From Oikopleura dioica (lineage: Eukaryota > Animalia > Chordata): a DNA stretch of 64,000 nt. Location: the NCBI GenBank assembly GCA_907165135.1, contig OU015568.1:6448001-6512000 (forward strand). The letters are read 5' to 3'. Positions within the stretch are counted from its first letter, which is position 1. Each line of letters starts with the position of its first letter. The notes below the pieces were generated by a model that ran no database searches, was not told the DNA's origin, and saw only the letters and a list, made by a program, of their open reading frames with translations. A program made the translations under genes and the position numbers. Shown here in pieces: positions 60,307 to 64,000 of the stretch.

Positions 60307-62451
60307 ATGCGCCCAGTCTCGCAGGTAACAATTTTTTTCCCTATTTTTCATGAGGCTTTGTCTAGTCTTCTGCTGTGACGACCTCTTCGGTTGTGAGTTT
60401 CGAGCATTTTCTCAGTGAAACTATTCCTGATTCTGAATTGGATTCGATTCTTTCGAGACTAGGTGTTGCTCAGCAGTGCATGGACATTGTCGTCTGTCAG
60501 CTTCTTTTTGAAAAAGACGGAGAATGGGAAATTCAAGCTCAAGGAGCACTGATGCTTCTCAAAGACCACAAACGAAAGTCGTATTTTCTCATTTTGTCGT
60601 CGTCATCTGGCGAAGTTTTGTGGACGCAGGAGATTTACCACCGATGCAACTTTAGCCCTGTTGGGCCATTCATTCAGTTTTCTGGTGATGAGTGTCAAGT
60701 TGGGCTTAATTTTTCAGACGAGGAAGAGGCCATTCGTTTTGGTAACAAAATGGTGAAACGGTCCCATGGTCTGTTATCGTTATACTGTCGTAATTACAGA
60801 AATACTTAAGCAAAACGAAGGACCAAGAAGCGAAAGAGTCGCAGTAGGTCCAAACGGTTCAATGAAACAGGAAACAGTTTTGACAACACTTTTCTATGTA
60901 AAATGCGTCTTTACAAGTTTTACACTGCAAAAAAGTGCCCGAGATTGACGAAAGTACGGAAAGAAAGATCTCTCTTGGAGAAACCCAGAAACCGGAAAAG
61001 CCCAAGATGCAAGAGACTGAGAGTATCAATGATGAAGATGACAGTATGAAGCAGGAAACATCAGTCGTTGCCCTTTACGAGGCTCAAAAAGGCGTTGCTG
61101 TGTTCAAAGAGTCAGGCGAAAAGAAAAAGAAGAGGAAAGGTTTCTTCAGGGGAAAGTCTAAATCGAAGTCAAAGTCGAAAAGAAAACATCGTGGAAGATT
61201 AAAGCTGGACATTAGTGCCCCTACTGATATGAGAAGAACGGCTGGCTTGGCGATGAATCCGAACACTGGAAGAATGGAACTGTCCTGCGAAGATGAAAAA
61301 ATGGCGCAAATTCTTATTAATATGGGCATCGTTGGAGATGATCATGAAGCTATGACTGTAAGTAATGAAGTATGAAGACATGAAATTGTTGGCTCTCGAA
61401 TGACTGCAAAAACACGAACAGGGTCTAGCGTAGAAAAAGAACGAGTATATTTTGTAGTGCTCCGAGGAGCAAGGGAGAACGAAGTGAGTAAAAGTGGCAG
61501 CGCGCTCCGCATATATACGTTGCGCGAGAAAAACATGAAAATAAGATCGTATCATGATCGGCTTCTTCGAGAACCACGACAAAATGATGTTTTTAGCTTT
61601 TGAAAAACAAACGAAAAAGATCGAGAATTGATTCGGCTATCGAAGAAAGCGGTAAGATCAGTTAGGAAGAAACCTGTCTAAAAATATTAAGGTGGAATCG
61701 AAAAAGTTCTGATGGCAACACAGCAGCTCCCGCAGACCCCTCCAATTCTTGAAGAAGAGAAGGGACGCCTTGTCATTTCAGGTCCAGTCGCTGGAAGTGT
61801 GACGAAAAATGGCAGGGCGTTCAAATATGAACAGCCAATTGATATTCAGAAAAAGGTAAGTTATAAAAAGTAAATCAACTGGCATTTTCTTATTCAGAAA
61901 GTAGTGAAATCGAAAAGCCCCGGATTAATAAAGAAGGTCTTTTCCAGGCAAAAAAGTAAGACCCGTGCACCGGCACCACCAAAATGCACTGTGCCACCTC
62001 CACCCCCTCCGCCAGCACCGTCAGCTGCTCCGCCACCTCCAGCGATTCCATCAAAGCCAGCACCAACCGAGGAAAAGCCGACACTTCTCCGTGAGCTTGA
62101 AAGCTCGCAGTTGAATTTGATCCAAATGATTCAAGGTAAAAATTTTTACCAAGCCACGTATCTACAAAAAATATAGAAGGTCCGCAGCTCCGTCACGTGA
62201 GCGTCACCGACAGAGCTCCTCCTCCACTGAGTCCACGCTCTAAAGTCATGAAAAATCTCCTGGAGAATCCAAAATCAAATCTGAAGCATGTCCCGACCCC
62301 GCCTCCGAAACAGGCTCCAGTTTTCGGGGACTACTTTCTCTCGTCGCTAGAAAAGCAGCTTCAAGAGATCAAAAGAATGACCCACTCCGATAGCGAGTAT
62401 GAAAATGAAAATGAGCAAGATGATGCTTGGGATGAGGAAATTTTCTTTTAA
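60307..62451 (+). CDS. WASP-family actin nucleation-promoting factor
   Basis: WH1 domain (KSYFL..LWTQEIY..FSGDECQVGLNFSDEEEA), basic run KKKKRK, CRIB-like DISAPTD, polyproline, WH2 ..LIQMIQ|EGPQLRHV, acidic tail DDAWDEEIFF*. Confidence 0.85.
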
Positions 62452-62826
62452 ATCAATACCAATAAATAATAAACTAAGAATTCGAAATCGGGGAAAAATA
62501 CTCTTCCTTGATTTCAAAATTGATCATCTTTTTTCACGAAGGCAGTGTTTATTCTATCTCACTTTGATGGACAAGAATTTCACTAGAAAAAGAGAAAGAA
62601 ACAGAGAATTATCACTTCAGAAAGTATTTGTACAGGGAGTTTTTAAAAGGGAAAGAGCAGTAAAATTGACTTGAAGTCTAAAATTAGATGAATGAGAGAG
62701 ATAGAGTTAGGACTCCTAATTTAGGAGGAATTTCCAATTAACAGTAGTCGGAAAAAATAATTGAGAAAAGCAAAACATGATAAACGTTTCATAAACGAAA
62801 AAGGATCAAAACGAAATGGGCGTGAT

Positions 62827-64000
62827 TCATCTCTTGTCCTGAGACTTGAGAAACTCTTCGCGTCTTTTTAGCGCTTCAACAGCGGTGAGCTGGTATGGAA
62901 TATTTCCGTGGATTACTTCCAGTCTTGGGTCGCCGTTGACACCGATTGCCACGTCTTCGTATTCGATTATTGCGCTGTCAGCTTCTATTAGGGGAGTTAA
63001 TTCTTGAAGGGTTTGGAGACCGACCTTTTCCAGTTCTTCTCATGCTGTTTTCTAGCGCCGTTTGGGCCATGTAAATTGCGAATTGAGTCGCAGCGGCGCT
63101 GACGCACGAAGGAACCAGATTTCCTATCATCATTTCTGGGCTAGAAAAAGTACTTTAGTCGCTGAAAAAGAGGATTAAAACATACTTGGCTCTGTTTAAA
63201 ACAGCTCTGACGCTGCCAACAGAGAACTTCGACGTGCCGTCATCCATTTTTGGAATTTTCGATTTCACGGGCTCTTTTTGGCCGAGTTTTTCCAGCCGTT
63301 TGCCACCGGGGCTTCCAGCTTTTTTACCAGGCATTTTTCCAGAGGAGGAATTTTCTGTCACCGATTTCGCTGTCTTTTTGGGAGATTTTTTCAGCGGCTG
63401 ATCTGGATCTTCCACGGCGCTTTTGTTCGGCGTTTTCGCCTTCCAGAAGTCGGTGATTTTTCCCTGGTTTTTTGGCGACTCTTTTACAGCGCCATTTTTG
63501 GCCATCTGAAGAATTAAATCGTAAATTGGAGTATTTGTGGCAAGTTTTGCATACATTTGGTAAGTGAACTTTTCCAGGTTAATAAAAATAAGCTTCACGG
63601 TAGCTACTAGCGCTGAGTGCGTAAAAACAAGCGGCAGTGAAGAACTAGTGCATCTATTTTTGTGTTTCTGCTTGTGTTATTGCTCGTTCTTGGCTCTCGG
63701 CAAGGTTCATGCTCTTTTTGGCGAGCTCTGGGGCTTTTGGCGAGTTGAGTGAGTATTCTTTGAACGGGGGGCGAACAATATCGCCCTGCGATGGAACTTC
63801 TTGATTTCTAGCGAGCTCGAGGGTCGCTTTCCGGCCGTTTTCAAAGCTCAGCTGAACGTTTGTCCGCGACGGATCGCATAGCATCTCCACCAGACCCTTT
63901 GCAGTCTTTTGCTTGTCGGACAACGTCTCTTCTTTATTTTCACTTTCATTTGTCTCGATGCTCATTTGTTTCTGGACAGATGGTCGGTTTGTTTCTGTAT
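62827..64000 (-). CDS. Hypothetical nuclear protein, 5' end may lie outside the window; contains a PIP-box-like motif
   Basis: Open exons 63965-63654, 63598-63185, ~63140-63030, ~62990-62827; QGKITDFW; Lys/Ser-rich. The junction between the first two exons is unresolved. Confidence 0.5.

Overview
Compact eukaryotic genomic DNA with dense genes, many 40-70 nt introns and several homology-anchored GA-AG/GG-AG/GC-AG introns. This pattern fits an appendicularian tunicate such as Oikopleura dioica (inference). About 17 host genes were reconstructed by hand: a cbEGF-repeat secreted protein, an ApoD-like lipocalin, a CHST-type sulfotransferase, a CD225/dispanin protein, a TSP1+CAP protein, a type I Baeyer-Villiger monooxygenase (BVMO), NLK, a calumenin-like CREC protein, a giant coiled-coil protein, MyBP-C, WASP and several hypotheticals, plus one tRNA-Val(AAC). 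The most notable content is DNA transposons. (1) A 7.55 kb Mutator/Phantom-like element (13892-21439) has foldback-type TIRs and a perfect 8-bp TSD and splits a BVMO exon. Its predicted 11-exon transposase carries an antisense, internally deleted ACSL host-gene fragment inside one intron (Pack-MULE-like cargo). (2) A 4.97 kb hAT-like element (53301-58272) with ~145-bp TIRs and a perfect 8-bp TSD sits in a MyBP-C exon. (3) A ~3 kb foldback palindrome contains 57-bp arrays. (4) There are many MITEs; two sit in former exons and appear to have become introns that use their TSD as the splice acceptor. Exon boundaries were read by eye and need RNA-seq confirmation.
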